Positions 1 through 9,093 are shown, counted from the first letter of the stretch. The stretch: 32,000 bases of DNA from Halogeometricum borinquense DSM 11551 (GCF_000172995.2 NC_014729.1:1710001-1742000), one strand, 5' to 3'. Numbers and translations: made by a program. The notes: generated by a model from the letters alone, not told the origin.

Positions 1-424
1 AGTCGTCTTCGTCGCCATCGACGCCGTTCTCCTCGACCCACTCATCGAACAGGCGTTCACACCGGTCGCACCGACAGTAGCCGTCTCGCGGGAATCCCAC
101 GTCGTCCAGTCGAACGTCGGGGTTCTCATCGGCGCAGTCCGTGACGATTTCGAGGAGCCCCTCGCGGTAGTCCTCGTTGGTCGGGCAGATGTACGCCCAG
201 TCGAAGTAGCGTTGATCGCGTGTCGCGAGGGTTCCCTCACCATCCACGGGGACGAGTTCGGGGTTTGAGTTTGCGGCGGCGGTGTCGCCGAAACACGACA
301 CCATATTCACCGCTTCGGGAAGCGGTTCGGCCGCCCGCCCGGTCACGTCTTTGACCTCGTAGAACGCCCTGTCGAAGTCGGGCCACTCCACCTCGTCGGG
401 GTTTCGCGTGACGACGCCGTACAT
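1..424 (-). CDS. Conserved hypothetical protein, N-terminal ~141 codons; the gene runs off the left edge of the window
   Basis: Uninterrupted minus-strand frame from the ATG at 422-424 to the window edge. It is absent from the ORF track because it has no stop in the window. My translation: MYGVVTRNPDEVEWPDFDRAFYEVKDV...GFPRDGYCRCDRCERLFDEWVEENGVDGDEDD. It shows strong G/C third-position bias and acidic composition like the recognised genes. No family recognised. Confidence 0.65.
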   Translation of the reverse strand, partial: MYGVVTRNPDEVEWPDFDRAFYEVKDVTGRAAEPLPEAVNMVSCFGDTAAANSNPELVPVDGEGTLATRDQRYFDWAYICPTNEDYREGLLEIVTDCADENPDVRLDDVGFPRDGYCRCDRCERLFDEWVEENGVDGDEDD

Positions 425-533
425 GCACCGACGTTACCGAGCGAGTGCCATGAGTCGTTCGTTCGGCGTCGCCACTTGTGCCACAGAGCCGAAAAAACGG
501 GGAAGAATTCGCGGGCGATTCGATGTCGTCGTC

Positions 534-638
534 TTACTCTTCGACTTCGACTTCCACTGGCTCGCTCCCGCCCGAGACGAGAACGTAGATGACAGCTACC
601 AGTGCGAGTGCGAAGAGCAGTTTGGCCTTTCCGGACAT
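534..638 (-). CDS. Possible 34-aa small membrane peptide (MSGKAKLLFALALVAVIYVLVSGGSEPVEVEVEE)
   Basis: Hand-translated ATG-to-TAA ORF in the 300-bp gap between the edge gene and pyrI. It is below the ORF-track size cutoff. It has one hydrophobic helix followed by an acidic tail. No homology evidence. Confidence 0.3.
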   Translation of the reverse strand: MSGKAKLLFALALVAVIYVLVSGGSEPVEVEVEE

Positions 639-725
639 ACATGGCCGTACGACGCTTCGGTACAAAGTGATTTCCCCTTGTATCGGAGACAACTTCGAGA
701 CGCCGACTGATTTTTCGTGTCGGAA

Positions 726-1190
726 TCAGGCGGCGTCGAGGTTCGACGCAACTTCGTCTTCGCGGACGATGGTTCCGCAGTACCCACAACGCAGGCCGTC
801 GGAGAGAACCTCGAACCGCGAGGCAACCGGTTCGTCGGCGTTCGTGATGCAGTTGCGGTTCGGACAGGAGACGACGCCCGTCACCTCGTCGGGGCGTTCG
901 ACGCGTTTCTTGTCTACGACTTCGTAGTCGCGGACGATGTTGATTGTCGCCTCCGGCGAGATGACCGAGAGCACATCGACTTCTGACTGACTCAGCTCGC
1001 GGTCTTCGACCTTCACGATGTCCTTGCGGGCGAGGCGGTCCGAGGGAACGTTCATCCCGATGGAGACGCTTTCGCCGCCGGATCCGTCGATACCGAGAAT
1101 TGCGAGGACGTTCAGTGCCTGCCCGGCGGTCAGGTGGTCGATAACGGTGCCGTCGCGGATCTTTGAGACGCGGAGTTCTTTGTCGCTCAT
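726..1190 (-). CDS. pyrI: Aspartate carbamoyltransferase regulatory subunit
   Basis: Internal ATG (aa 59) of track ORF 726..1364. MSDKELRVSKIRDGTVIDHL...VSCPNRNCITN...LRCGYCG shows the PyrI allosteric domain plus a C-terminal 4-Cys zinc domain. It lies directly downstream of pyrB. The longer track ORF adds an Arg-rich prefix that overlaps pyrB. Confidence 0.95.
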   Translation of the reverse strand: MSDKELRVSKIRDGTVIDHLTAGQALNVLAILGIDGSGGESVSIGMNVPSDRLARKDIVKVEDRELSQSEVDVLSVISPEATINIVRDYEVVDKKRVERPDEVTGVVSCPNRNCITNADEPVASRFEVLSDGLRCGYCGTIVREDEVASNLDAA

Positions 1191-1248
1191 CGTTTGGTAC
1201 CTCCGGTGACATCGAGATCGGTGTGCGCGTCGCGTACGTCGGAACGCA

Positions 1249-2160
1249 TCAGTTGTCCTCCAAGAGCATGTCCAAAAGCGCCATTCGAACCGGCACGGCG
1301 TTGTGTGCCTGCTCGAAGTATTTCGCGTGCGCTGTCTCGTCCACCTCGGGGGCGATTTCATCAACGCGCGGGAGCGGATGCATCACCGTCAGCGAGTCTT
1401 TTGCGTCCGAGAGATCGTCGGCGTCTATCTGGTACTGACCGGCGACTTTCCGGTACTCGTTCTCGTCGGGGAAGCGTTCGCGCTGGATGCGCGTCACGTA
1501 GAGGACGTCGAGTTCCGGCAGCACCTCGGACAATTCGGTGTGTTCGCGGACCTGCGCGCCCGATCCGTGCAGGTCATAGCGGACATTCCGGGGAAGACGG
1601 AGGCTCTCGGGACTGATGAAGTGCTGTCGGGCGTCGAAGTTCGTCAGCGCCTCGGCCAGCGAGTGGACCGTCCGTCCGTACTTCAGGTCGCCCATGATGC
1701 CGATAGTGAGGTCGTCCAGTCCAGCGTTCTCCCGAATCGTGTACAGGTCGAGGAGGGTCTGCGTAGGGTGTTGCCCCGCGCCGTCGCCCGCGTTGATAAC
1801 GGGGACATCGACGAACTCGGAGGCCATCTTCGCCGCACCTTCGAGCGGGTGGCGGAGGACAATCGCATCCCCGTACCCCTCGACGACGCGGACGGTGTCG
1901 GCGAGGCTCTCTCCTTTCTTCACCGACGAGGACTCGACCGGTCCCATATCGACGGTTCTGCCGCCCAATCGTTTCATCGCGGTGTCGAAGCTCATCCGCG
2001 TGCGGGTGCTTGGCTCGAAAAAGCACAGCCCGAGTACCGTCCCAGCGTGCCGCTGTCGCCACGCCGCCGGGTCGGCGTCGATATCCGCCGCGCGGTCGAG
2101 CACCGCCTCGACGTCGTCCCGCGAGAGTTGAGTCGCGGAGATGAGGTGGTCCTGACGCAT
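1249..2160 (-). CDS. pyrB: Aspartate carbamoyltransferase catalytic subunit
   Basis: 303 aa, ATG start. Carries the carbamoyl-phosphate-binding motif [12 protein letters not shown] and HPLPR near the C-terminus. Full-length ATCase-like sequence, followed by pyrI. Confidence 0.97.
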   Translation of the reverse strand: MRQDHLISATQLSRDDVEAVLDRAADIDADPAAWRQRHAGTVLGLCFFEPSTRTRMSFDTAMKRLGGRTVDMGPVESSSVKKGESLADTVRVVEGYGDAIVLRHPLEGAAKMASEFVDVPVINAGDGAGQHPTQTLLDLYTIRENAGLDDLTIGIMGDLKYGRTVHSLAEALTNFDARQHFISPESLRLPRNVRYDLHGSGAQVREHTELSEVLPELDVLYVTRIQRERFPDENEYRKVAGQYQIDADDLSDAKDSLTVMHPLPRVDEIAPEVDETAHAKYFEQAHNAVPVRMALLDMLLEDN

Positions 2161-2278
2161 CGTCGGATAGGAGGGTGGGACCGACTTGAATCACTCGTCT
2201 TCGAATCGAGAAAGAGTCGTTTCGGTACTATTCGGCAATCTGCTATCGAAACAGTATGTCCGACAAAGAAGTGCCTGC

Positions 2279-3019
2279 TCAGCGACCAGTCATTCGATGT
2301 CTATCTGATCGCCCGTCAAGGTAGGTTTCATCTACGTAGTCAAAGATGTAATCGACGGTCGCCGGGTCGTACGTCCAAAATCCGTAGAACCGGTGCGGTT
2401 CGCGTTCTTCGGCGAGAAGCGCACACTTTGCCTCGTCGTTACCGCCGCCATCGAAGGCGACGAACCACACGTCGCGAATCTCCTTTGCTCGGCTCGGGTA
2501 GACCTCGAATGTGCCGTCGTGGTCGGGGAGGTCAGTGTCGGGATGGGCGAGAACGGTCACGTCGAGGTATGACTTGCTTCCCAACTGTTCGTAGACAGGG
2601 ATCTGTTTCTCGAAGTCTGAGTATCGCTGAAATCCGGAGTAGAGTCGCCCGCTGGAGCGCCACGCTCGGTCCTCTATCTCTCGGGACGCTGCCACCATTC
2701 GCTTCGTATCGTACGAGGTGAACATTGTCTCGTCCAACTCGTTTAAGATCGGTTTGTACGGCTTCGCGTCGAACTCGGGGGTCCGTAACTCTCCACCGTC
2801 CGGAAGAACTTCCGAAAGCGCCGTCGCGGCCAGAACACGGTCTCCCTCTGCGAGGACGACGTACTCTTCAGGTCCCGAGTCCGACGGTGCTGCCGTTACG
2901 CGCACGTTCCGATCAGCGAACCGCTCTGCGACGGACTCTACCGTCTCATCGTCGGCGTTGTGGACGATGAGCGTCTTCTCGCTCCTCTCAACGCCCGATA
3001 TTAGTCCAATAAGTGACAT
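2279..3019 (-). CDS. Stand-alone DICT-type sensory domain protein (family assignment tentative)
   Basis: 246 aa, ATG start, acidic. The central and C-terminal part (MFTSYDTKRMVAASREIEDRAW...GFQRYSDFEKQ...WFVAFDGGGNDEAKCALLAEE...FYGFWTYD) resembles haloarchaeal proteins I recall annotated as DICT domain. No output domain is present. Confidence 0.6.
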   Translation of the reverse strand: MSLIGLISGVERSEKTLIVHNADDETVESVAERFADRNVRVTAAPSDSGPEEYVVLAEGDRVLAATALSEVLPDGGELRTPEFDAKPYKPILNELDETMFTSYDTKRMVAASREIEDRAWRSSGRLYSGFQRYSDFEKQIPVYEQLGSKSYLDVTVLAHPDTDLPDHDGTFEVYPSRAKEIRDVWFVAFDGGGNDEAKCALLAEEREPHRFYGFWTYDPATVDYIFDYVDETYLDGRSDRHRMTGR

Positions 3020-3040
3020 GATGACATTTTTAGTGTAAAT

Positions 3041-3048
3041 TTATATAA
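3041..3048 (-). promoter_or_regulatory. TATA-box-like element (TTATATAA) for the DICT-domain gene; geometry suggests a leaderless transcript
   Basis: This AT-rich octamer is the only such element in the gap. Its centre lies about 25 nt upstream of the ATG at 3019, matching the archaeal TATA-to-TSS spacing of about 26-27 nt. Confidence 0.4.
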
Positions 3049-3132
3049 CTGTTTCTGCGGGTACTGCGGAAATAATCACGCAGTGTGTGAAAAACGGGGT
3101 AGTCCGTCCGGTTGATGCGTTTCAGCGAAGAT

Positions 3133-4389
3133 TTATGGCCAGTTGCCGTTGTCCGAGTAGGCGTCTACGACGCGCTGGATAGCGACGACGTAGGCGGCGG
3201 TGCGGAAGTTCGGCAGGTCGTGTGAGTCGTACGCCTCGACGAGGTTATCGAACGCCTCGGTGATGACGCGTTCGAGTTCGTCGTTGACGCGCTCTTCAGT
3301 CCAGTAGAAGCGCTGGCGGTTCTGGACCCACTCGAAGTACGAGACGGTCACACCGCCCGCGTTGGCGAGGATGTCGGGGAAGACGTACACGTCGCGCCCG
3401 GTGAGTTCGTCGTCCGCTTCGGGCGTGAGCGGGCCGTTGGCGGCTTCGACCACGACATCGGCCTGCACGTCCTGTGCGAGTTCGCCGTCGATGGCGTTCT
3501 CCAGCGCCGCCGGAATGAGCAGGTCGACGTCGAGCGTGAGCAACTCTTCGTTCGTCATCTCCTCGTCGGCTTGGTCGTACCCGCTGACCGACCCCGTTTC
3601 GCGCTTGAACTGCTTTGCGGCCGCCGTGTCGAATCCGCCTTCGCGGTAGATTGCGCCGCTGGAGTCGGAGACGGCGACGATGTTCGCCCCGATGTCTTCG
3701 AGGAGGTTCGCCGCGACGGACCCGGCGTTCCCGTACCCTTGCACGGCGACGGTAGCGCCTTCGATGTCTTTATCGAGGTAGTCGAACGCTTCGCGTGCGG
3801 TCAGCATGGTCGAGCGGCCCGTCGCCTCGACGCGGCCCTCGCTCCCGCCGGAGGAGATGGCTTTGCCGGTGACGACGCCGGGTGCCGTCTTGTGCTCAAG
3901 CTTCTCGTACGTGTCCTTGATCCAGTTCATCTCCCGCTGACCGGTGTTTACGTCCGGTGCGGGGATGTCTTGGTCCTCGCCGATGAGTGGGCGGAGTTCC
4001 TTGGCGAACGACCGCGTGATACGTTCGAGTTCGGCGGCCGAGTGTTCGCGGGGGTCGATGACGATACCGCCTTTGCCGCCGCCGTACGGGATATCAACGA
4101 CAGCACACTTGTACACCATCCACCCCGAAAGCGCCTTCACCTCATCGCGGGACACGTTCGGGTGGTATCGAATACCGCCCTTGTACGGCCCTCTATCGCC
4201 GTTGAACTGGGATCGGAACGCTTTGAATCGCTTTCGCGTTCCGTCGTCCATATCGACCGAGAGGTTGAGTTCGAGGACGCGCTCGGGATGCTTCAACCGT
4301 TCTACGACATCGTCTTCGACGTCGAGAAACGCCGCCGCGTCGTCTATCTGTTCCTGCAGACTCTCGAATGGATTCGCCTCCTCGCTCAT
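3133..4389 (-). CDS. gdhA: Glutamate dehydrogenase (Glu/Leu/Phe/Val dehydrogenase family), paralog 1
   Basis: 418 aa, ATG start. Contains the catalytic Lys-region motif PYGGGKGG and the dinucleotide fold [11 protein letters not shown]. Full-length hexameric-GDH-like sequence. Confidence 0.95.
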   Translation of the reverse strand: MSEEANPFESLQEQIDDAAAFLDVEDDVVERLKHPERVLELNLSVDMDDGTRKRFKAFRSQFNGDRGPYKGGIRYHPNVSRDEVKALSGWMVYKCAVVDIPYGGGKGGIVIDPREHSAAELERITRSFAKELRPLIGEDQDIPAPDVNTGQREMNWIKDTYEKLEHKTAPGVVTGKAISSGGSEGRVEATGRSTMLTAREAFDYLDKDIEGATVAVQGYGNAGSVAANLLEDIGANIVAVSDSSGAIYREGGFDTAAAKQFKRETGSVSGYDQADEEMTNEELLTLDVDLLIPAALENAIDGELAQDVQADVVVEAANGPLTPEADDELTGRDVYVFPDILANAGGVTVSYFEWVQNRQRFYWTEERVNDELERVITEAFDNLVEAYDSHDLPNFRTAAYVVAIQRVVDAYSDNGNWP

Positions 4390-4534
4390 ACTGAGGGCAC
4401 TGCCCGGAGGTAGGTTAAGTCTGACGGGGATAATATCATAGAATGATGATAATACTCACTTAGGATGTTTCTATCCCCGCCCGCACGCAGTCAACGGATA
4501 CGTTCTGTGCGGCGCTCGATGACGGCTGGCCGAG

Positions 4535-5830
4535 TCAGGGCCAGACGCCGCGTCGTTCGTGCGCCTCTGCGATGCGTTCGAGTGCGACGATGTAAGCGGC
4601 ATCACGCCAACTCACGTCGCGTGCTTCGACTTCGTCGCGCACGGCGTTCCACGCGTCGTTCATCTCCGATTCGAGTTCCTCGTGGACGCGTTCGAGCGAC
4701 CATGCTCGGCGGTTGATGTCCTGCAACCACTCGAAGTACGAGACGGTCACACCGCCCGCGTTGGCGAGGATGTCTGGAATGACGGGGATGCCGCGCTCCG
4801 TGAGCATCTCGTCGGCGGCGAACGTCGTTGGTCCGTTCGCCCCTTCGACGATCACGTCCGCCTGAATGTCGTCGGCGTTGTCGGCGGTGATGACGTTGCC
4901 GATGGCCGCGGGAATGAGCACGTCAACGTCGAGTTCGAGAATCTCCTCGTTCGACAGCTTCTGCGGCGCGTCGTACGTCATCACGGCCTCAGGCTCTTCC
5001 TTGTGCGTCGGTACGTCGCGCGTGTCGAGTCCGTCAGGGTCGTAGATTGCACCGTTCACGTCCGAGACGGCGACCACGTTTGCACCCCAGTCGTCGAGGA
5101 GTCGTGCCGCGTTCGCGCCGACGCTCCCGAACCCTTGGACGGCCACCGTCGTCTCCGAGAGGTCCCAGTCGTAGTACTTGACTGCCTCGCGGGTGATGAT
5201 GGCGACACTTCGGCCGGGTGCGCCGTCGCGGCCCTCACTCCCGCCGATAACTGGCGGCTTGCCAGTGACGACGCCGGGCGTCGTTTCGCCTTCCTGCATC
5301 GAGTAGGCGTCCATGAACCACGACATGGTCTGTGCGTCGGTTCCCATGTCGGGTGCGGGAATGTCGGTATGCGGACCGACCACGTCACGGAGCTCCTGGG
5401 CGAATCGGCGAGTGAGCCGCTCGACCTCTTCTTCGGAGAGGTCTTTCGGATCCACGACGACGCCGCCTTTGGCTCCGCCGAACGGGAGGTCCATCACCGC
5501 GCACTTCCACGTCATCCACATCGACAGGCCGATACATTCCTCCCGCGTCACGCCCGGGTGGAACCGCAACCCGCCCTTGTACGGGCCGCGAACGCTGTCG
5601 TGCTGGGCGCGGAAGCCGGTGTACGCTTCGAGGGTCCCGTCGTCACGGCGAATCGGGACCGTCACCTCGTGGACCTGCGCGGGATGCTTCAGCCGCTCGA
5701 CAATGTTCGGGTCGAGCGTCAGTTCGGCCGCGGCGCGGTCTAACTGACGACGAGCGGTCGCCAGCGCAGACTCGGGTTCCGCTTCTGTCTCTGTCTCGTC
5801 CGTAGATACGGCAGTTGATTTCGAAGACAT
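4535..5830 (-). CDS. gdhA: Glutamate dehydrogenase, paralog 2
   Basis: 431 aa, ATG start. Contains PFGGAKGG and [12 protein letters not shown]. Collinear with paralog 1 over its whole length but clearly diverged, with a longer acidic N-terminus. Confidence 0.95.
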   Translation of the reverse strand: MSSKSTAVSTDETETEAEPESALATARRQLDRAAAELTLDPNIVERLKHPAQVHEVTVPIRRDDGTLEAYTGFRAQHDSVRGPYKGGLRFHPGVTREECIGLSMWMTWKCAVMDLPFGGAKGGVVVDPKDLSEEEVERLTRRFAQELRDVVGPHTDIPAPDMGTDAQTMSWFMDAYSMQEGETTPGVVTGKPPVIGGSEGRDGAPGRSVAIITREAVKYYDWDLSETTVAVQGFGSVGANAARLLDDWGANVVAVSDVNGAIYDPDGLDTRDVPTHKEEPEAVMTYDAPQKLSNEEILELDVDVLIPAAIGNVITADNADDIQADVIVEGANGPTTFAADEMLTERGIPVIPDILANAGGVTVSYFEWLQDINRRAWSLERVHEELESEMNDAWNAVRDEVEARDVSWRDAAYIVALERIAEAHERRGVWP

Positions 5831-6149
5831 CTATTGCTGTGACGTGCGGCGTCGCCGCTGCCGGACACACCGCTGTCCGACTCGTTGTGTCGAACTGACT
5901 ACACTCCGTCGCGTTCGACGGGCGACACCTGCCATCGGACCGTCTTAATCGGTGGTGTCTAATAAATATTAATGTCCTTATGGTATATTAATTCATGGAG
6001 TCACTGTAGAACATTGCCGCACGTTCATTAATCACTGGTGTCCGAAAAGACGGCGTATCGCCGGCTCAATCGACGGAATACTCGGAAAGTTTACTCACGG
6101 ACGAGCAACCGATTCGAGTTCGTTTGCGCCGACGGACGCAGAACGTGGG

Positions 6150-7007
6150 TTACCGGTCCGCCGACGCGCCGGCGCGTTCGAGGATCCGTTCCGCCTGTGC
6201 GATGAGCGGTGCGTCAATCATCTCGTCGTCCACGCGGAAGACGCCCGCCCCCGACGTTTCGGCCTCATCACGGGCGTCGAGTACTTTTTCCGCCCATTCG
6301 ACTTGATCCGGCGAGGGCGTGAACGCGTCGTTGATCACTGGCACCTGTGCTGGGTGGATCGCCATCTTGCCATCGTAGCCCAGCGAGCGGGCGAACTCCG
6401 TCTGTTCTCGCAGGCCCGACTCGTCTTCGAAGTCAGTGTGGACGGTGTCGATGGCGTCAATTTCCTCCGCGGCGGCGACGACGACAACGCGTTCGCGGGC
6501 GTACAGTACCTCCGTTCCTTCCTCCGTACGGGTCGCTCCGATGTCCGCCGCGAGGTCCTCCGCGCCGAAGATGAGTGCCGTCGTCGGTCCCTCCGCGGCG
6601 ATGTCGGGCGCGTTCAACACGCCACGGGCAGTTTCTATGAGGGCGAAAACGGGCAGCGTCCATCCCCGCGCAGCCAGTTCGTTGTCTACCTCACGGATAT
6701 CCGCGGCATACCCCGCTTTCGAGACCATGATTCCATCCAGCCGTACGTCAACGTCGCCGTCCGGACCGAGGACGCCGTCCAAGTCGTCTGCAACCGTCTC
6801 GCTTGCGACGCGGACGAGAATCTCGGCGTCCGGATCGAACGATGGGTCCGAGAGAACGTCTCTGACGGCGGCCCGCGCATCGTCTTTCTTCGACGGTACC
6901 ACGGCGTCTTCGAGGTCGAAGCAGAGTACGTCCGCCCCCGCGGACGGCGCTTTACGCATCAACTCCGGCCGGTCTCCCGGCGAGAAGAGGAGGCTTCGTC
7001 GTGCCAT
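6150..7007 (-). CDS. citE: HpcH/HpaI aldolase / citrate lyase beta-like (CitE family) acyl-CoA lyase
   Basis: Internal ATG (aa 44) of track ORF 6150..7136. MARRSLLFSPGDRPELMRKA...GADVLCFDLEDAV...K..AR matches the CitE/malyl-CoA lyase N-terminal signature. An E/D metal-binding region is present (FGAEDLAADIG). The 43-aa track extension runs across the divergent promoter. Confidence 0.85.
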   Translation of the reverse strand: MARRSLLFSPGDRPELMRKAPSAGADVLCFDLEDAVVPSKKDDARAAVRDVLSDPSFDPDAEILVRVASETVADDLDGVLGPDGDVDVRLDGIMVSKAGYAADIREVDNELAARGWTLPVFALIETARGVLNAPDIAAEGPTTALIFGAEDLAADIGATRTEEGTEVLYARERVVVVAAAEEIDAIDTVHTDFEDESGLREQTEFARSLGYDGKMAIHPAQVPVINDAFTPSPDQVEWAEKVLDARDEAETSGAGVFRVDDEMIDAPLIAQAERILERAGASADR

Positions 7008-7134
7008 ACCAACACCACTCGGGGCGGCGGTTTGAAAGTATACCACCAACTCCGACGCACCTTCGATGCGGCAGCGTCCTTCGGGGCGACCGAGAACCGT
7101 CACGGTTTTTCCGGAGAGACGAGACAGTCTGCAC

Positions 7135-7587
7135 ATGACCGGCCGTTACTACGAGGACTTCGAGGTGGGCGAGACAATCGTCCACGAGAAGCGACGAACC
7201 GTCTCCGAATCCGACAACCAGCGCTTCTGTGACATGACGATGAACCAGCAACCGTTGCACCTCGACAGCGAGTTTGCTGCGGACACGCAGTTCGGCGACC
7301 GCCTCGTCAACGGTCTGTACACGATGTCGCTGGCCGTCGGACTCTCTATCCCGGACACCACCGACGGCACTATCGTCGCCAACCTCTCGTACGATAACGT
7401 CGAACACCCACACCCCGTTTTCCACGGCGACACCATCCGTGCGCAGTCCACCGTCACCGATAAGCGAGAGACGTCGGACGGCGAACGCGGCGTCGTCACG
7501 ATGCACGTCGAAGCGTTCAATCAAGACGACGAACTCGTCTGTGAGTTCGACCGCACGGCGTTAGCGCTGAAGCGCCCCGACGAATAA
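7135..7587 (+). CDS. MaoC-like (R)-specific enoyl-CoA hydratase / dehydratase, single hot-dog fold
   Basis: Internal ATG (aa 24) of track ORF 7066..7587. MTGRYYEDFEVGE...SESDNQRFCDMTMNQQPLHLD...HPHPVFHGDT is a typical MaoC dehydratase domain. Divergent from citE across a 127-bp gap. Confidence 0.88.
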   Translation: MTGRYYEDFEVGETIVHEKRRTVSESDNQRFCDMTMNQQPLHLDSEFAADTQFGDRLVNGLYTMSLAVGLSIPDTTDGTIVANLSYDNVEHPHPVFHGDTIRAQSTVTDKRETSDGERGVVTMHVEAFNQDDELVCEFDRTALALKRPDE

Positions 7588-7687
7588 CGGAATCGCCGTC
7601 GTTCTCTCCCGACGCCTTCGAAAGCTGTTCTCATATCGTGAGTGTCATGACCGAACGGTTATCCCTCCCCATTCCCTCACGCCGTCT

Positions 7688-8467
7688 ATGGAACCAGAAC
7701 TGGATTGGTTAACGCTGGACGACGACGAGGAAATCGTCTGGTCGGATACACCGCACGGTGCGAGTATCGTTCCCGCGCTGATCGTGGGTGTCCCGCTCTC
7801 TTTCGTTCTTATCGGGATTCCCATCGTCGTCTCGGCGTATCTCTCGCTTCGCAACACCCACTACGTGGTCACGACGGCCGGTCTCTACCGAAAGTCGGGG
7901 ATTCTCTCGCGTGACGTGCAGAAAGTCGGCTTCGACAAAGTGCAGAACACCTCCTACAGTCAAGGTATTCTCGGATCGTCTGTTGGTTTCGGTAACGTCG
8001 ATATTAGCACTGCCGGGGGGTCGGGCGTCGAAATGCGGTTCCAATCCGTCGAGAACCCGCGCGACGTGGCCGAACTCGTCAACCGCCACGTCAAGCAGTC
8101 CACCGGCGGACGTGACGACGCTGGGGACAAGGAAGCAGTCTTGGACGAGGTACTGACGGAACTCCGCGAAATTCGTACGCTGCTCGAACGCGACGAGTCG
8201 GCGGCGCTCGACACCACTCGAACCGCTGGCGAAAGCGAACAAGTCGAGATGAACACGATAGACGAACTCGTATCCGAGCGTCCGGACGACGAGGAGAACG
8301 AGGCTGGGAAATCAGACGCCAGCAGTACTGACGAGACGGGTTCGTCGGACCGTAACGACGAAGCGAACGCTTCGGACAGCGGCGACGAGACGGACTCCGC
8401 AGACGACAACACAGAGACCGGTTGGACGACCGACGACGATACCGACCCGCTCGAATTCGACCGATGA
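7688..8467 (+). CDS. Membrane-anchored bacterial-type PH domain (bPH_2, YdbS/YdbT-like) protein with a long acidic C-terminal tail
   Basis: 259 aa, ATG start. N-terminal W-LTLDDDEEIVW motif, two TM helices, then YVVTTAGLYRKSGILSRDVQKVGFDKVQNTSYSQGILG..FGNVDIST, which is the bPH_2 pattern. The last ~90 aa are Asp/Glu/Ser/Thr rich. Confidence 0.85.
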   Translation: MEPELDWLTLDDDEEIVWSDTPHGASIVPALIVGVPLSFVLIGIPIVVSAYLSLRNTHYVVTTAGLYRKSGILSRDVQKVGFDKVQNTSYSQGILGSSVGFGNVDISTAGGSGVEMRFQSVENPRDVAELVNRHVKQSTGGRDDAGDKEAVLDEVLTELREIRTLLERDESAALDTTRTAGESEQVEMNTIDELVSERPDDEENEAGKSDASSTDETGSSDRNDEANASDSGDETDSADDNTETGWTTDDDTDPLEFDR

Positions 8468-9015
8468 GCAACCCTGATTGGATCACGCTCGACGACGGCG
8501 AGACGGTCGAATGGACTGGCAGTCCTCGACTCGTGAGCGTGTTCGCACAGTTACTCGTTGCTGTCCTCGTCGTCGTCGGATCGGTTGCCCTTCCGGTCGT
8601 CATCCGATTACCGTTGATCGCCATCGGTCCCGGCATCCTCCTTGCTCTTCTCATCACCATCGCAAGCGTCTATCCCATCTACACGACCGCATTCCTCGTC
8701 ACCGACCGCGCGGTGTACACGAAGCGAGGTCGGCGCTCTCGGCGGGTGACGACGCTCGAACTCGACCGGGTGCAGGACGTCTCATATAGTCAGTCGGCGG
8801 TCGGCGGCGTTCTCGGTTACGGCACCGTCACGGTCGAAATCGCGGGCGGTGGCAACGTGTCGCTGAGCGCCGTCGGCGACCCGAAAGCGGTTGCAGACCT
8901 CGTCGGCCGTCTCACCCGCGGTACCGCCGACACGATCCCCGGGTCAGTCGAACAGTGGCGGGCCGTACGTGACGAACTCCGCGGCATCCGCTCGGCGCTC
9001 GAATCCAGCCGCTGA
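8464..9015 (+). CDS. Membrane-anchored bPH_2 (YdbS/YdbT-like) PH domain protein, paralog 2
   Basis: Internal ATG (aa 15) of track ORF 8422..9015. Its ATG overlaps the upstream TGA (ATGA). Same architecture as the upstream gene: W-ITLDDGETVEW, two TM helices, FLVTDRAVYTKRGRRSRRVTTLELDRVQDVSYSQSAVGGVLGYGTVTVE. Confidence 0.85.
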   Translation: MSNPDWITLDDGETVEWTGSPRLVSVFAQLLVAVLVVVGSVALPVVIRLPLIAIGPGILLALLITIASVYPIYTTAFLVTDRAVYTKRGRRSRRVTTLELDRVQDVSYSQSAVGGVLGYGTVTVEIAGGGNVSLSAVGDPKAVADLVGRLTRGTADTIPGSVEQWRAVRDELRGIRSALESSR

Positions 9016-9093
9016 GATTTTAACGTAAAGGCGACACCAACCCCGCCGTCGCGGGTCAATGCAGGTTACCGCGGGAGTGATTCGCCGCCAGAG

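Noticed and set aside
343-1212. 289-aa minus-strand ORF spanning the edge gene, the gap and pyrI
   Set aside because: It is extremely Arg-rich. It overlaps, out of frame, both pyrI and the open edge ORF, which have real protein-like sequences.
1303-2721. 472-aa plus-strand ORF, the second-longest plus-strand ORF in the track
   Set aside because: It is entirely antisense to pyrB and the DICT-domain gene. It is Arg/Gly/Pro rich with no recognisable domain. This is the typical shadow ORF of a high-GC genome.
3571-5743. 280-aa and 394-aa plus-strand ORFs (3571..4413 and 4559..5743)
   Set aside because: Both are antisense to the two glutamate dehydrogenase genes and have shadow-ORF composition.
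8200-8460. Acidic tail of the first PH-domain protein as a DNA-level tandem repeat
   Set aside because: There is no periodic nucleotide unit. It is compositional low complexity (Asp/Glu/Ser/Thr codons) within a coding region.
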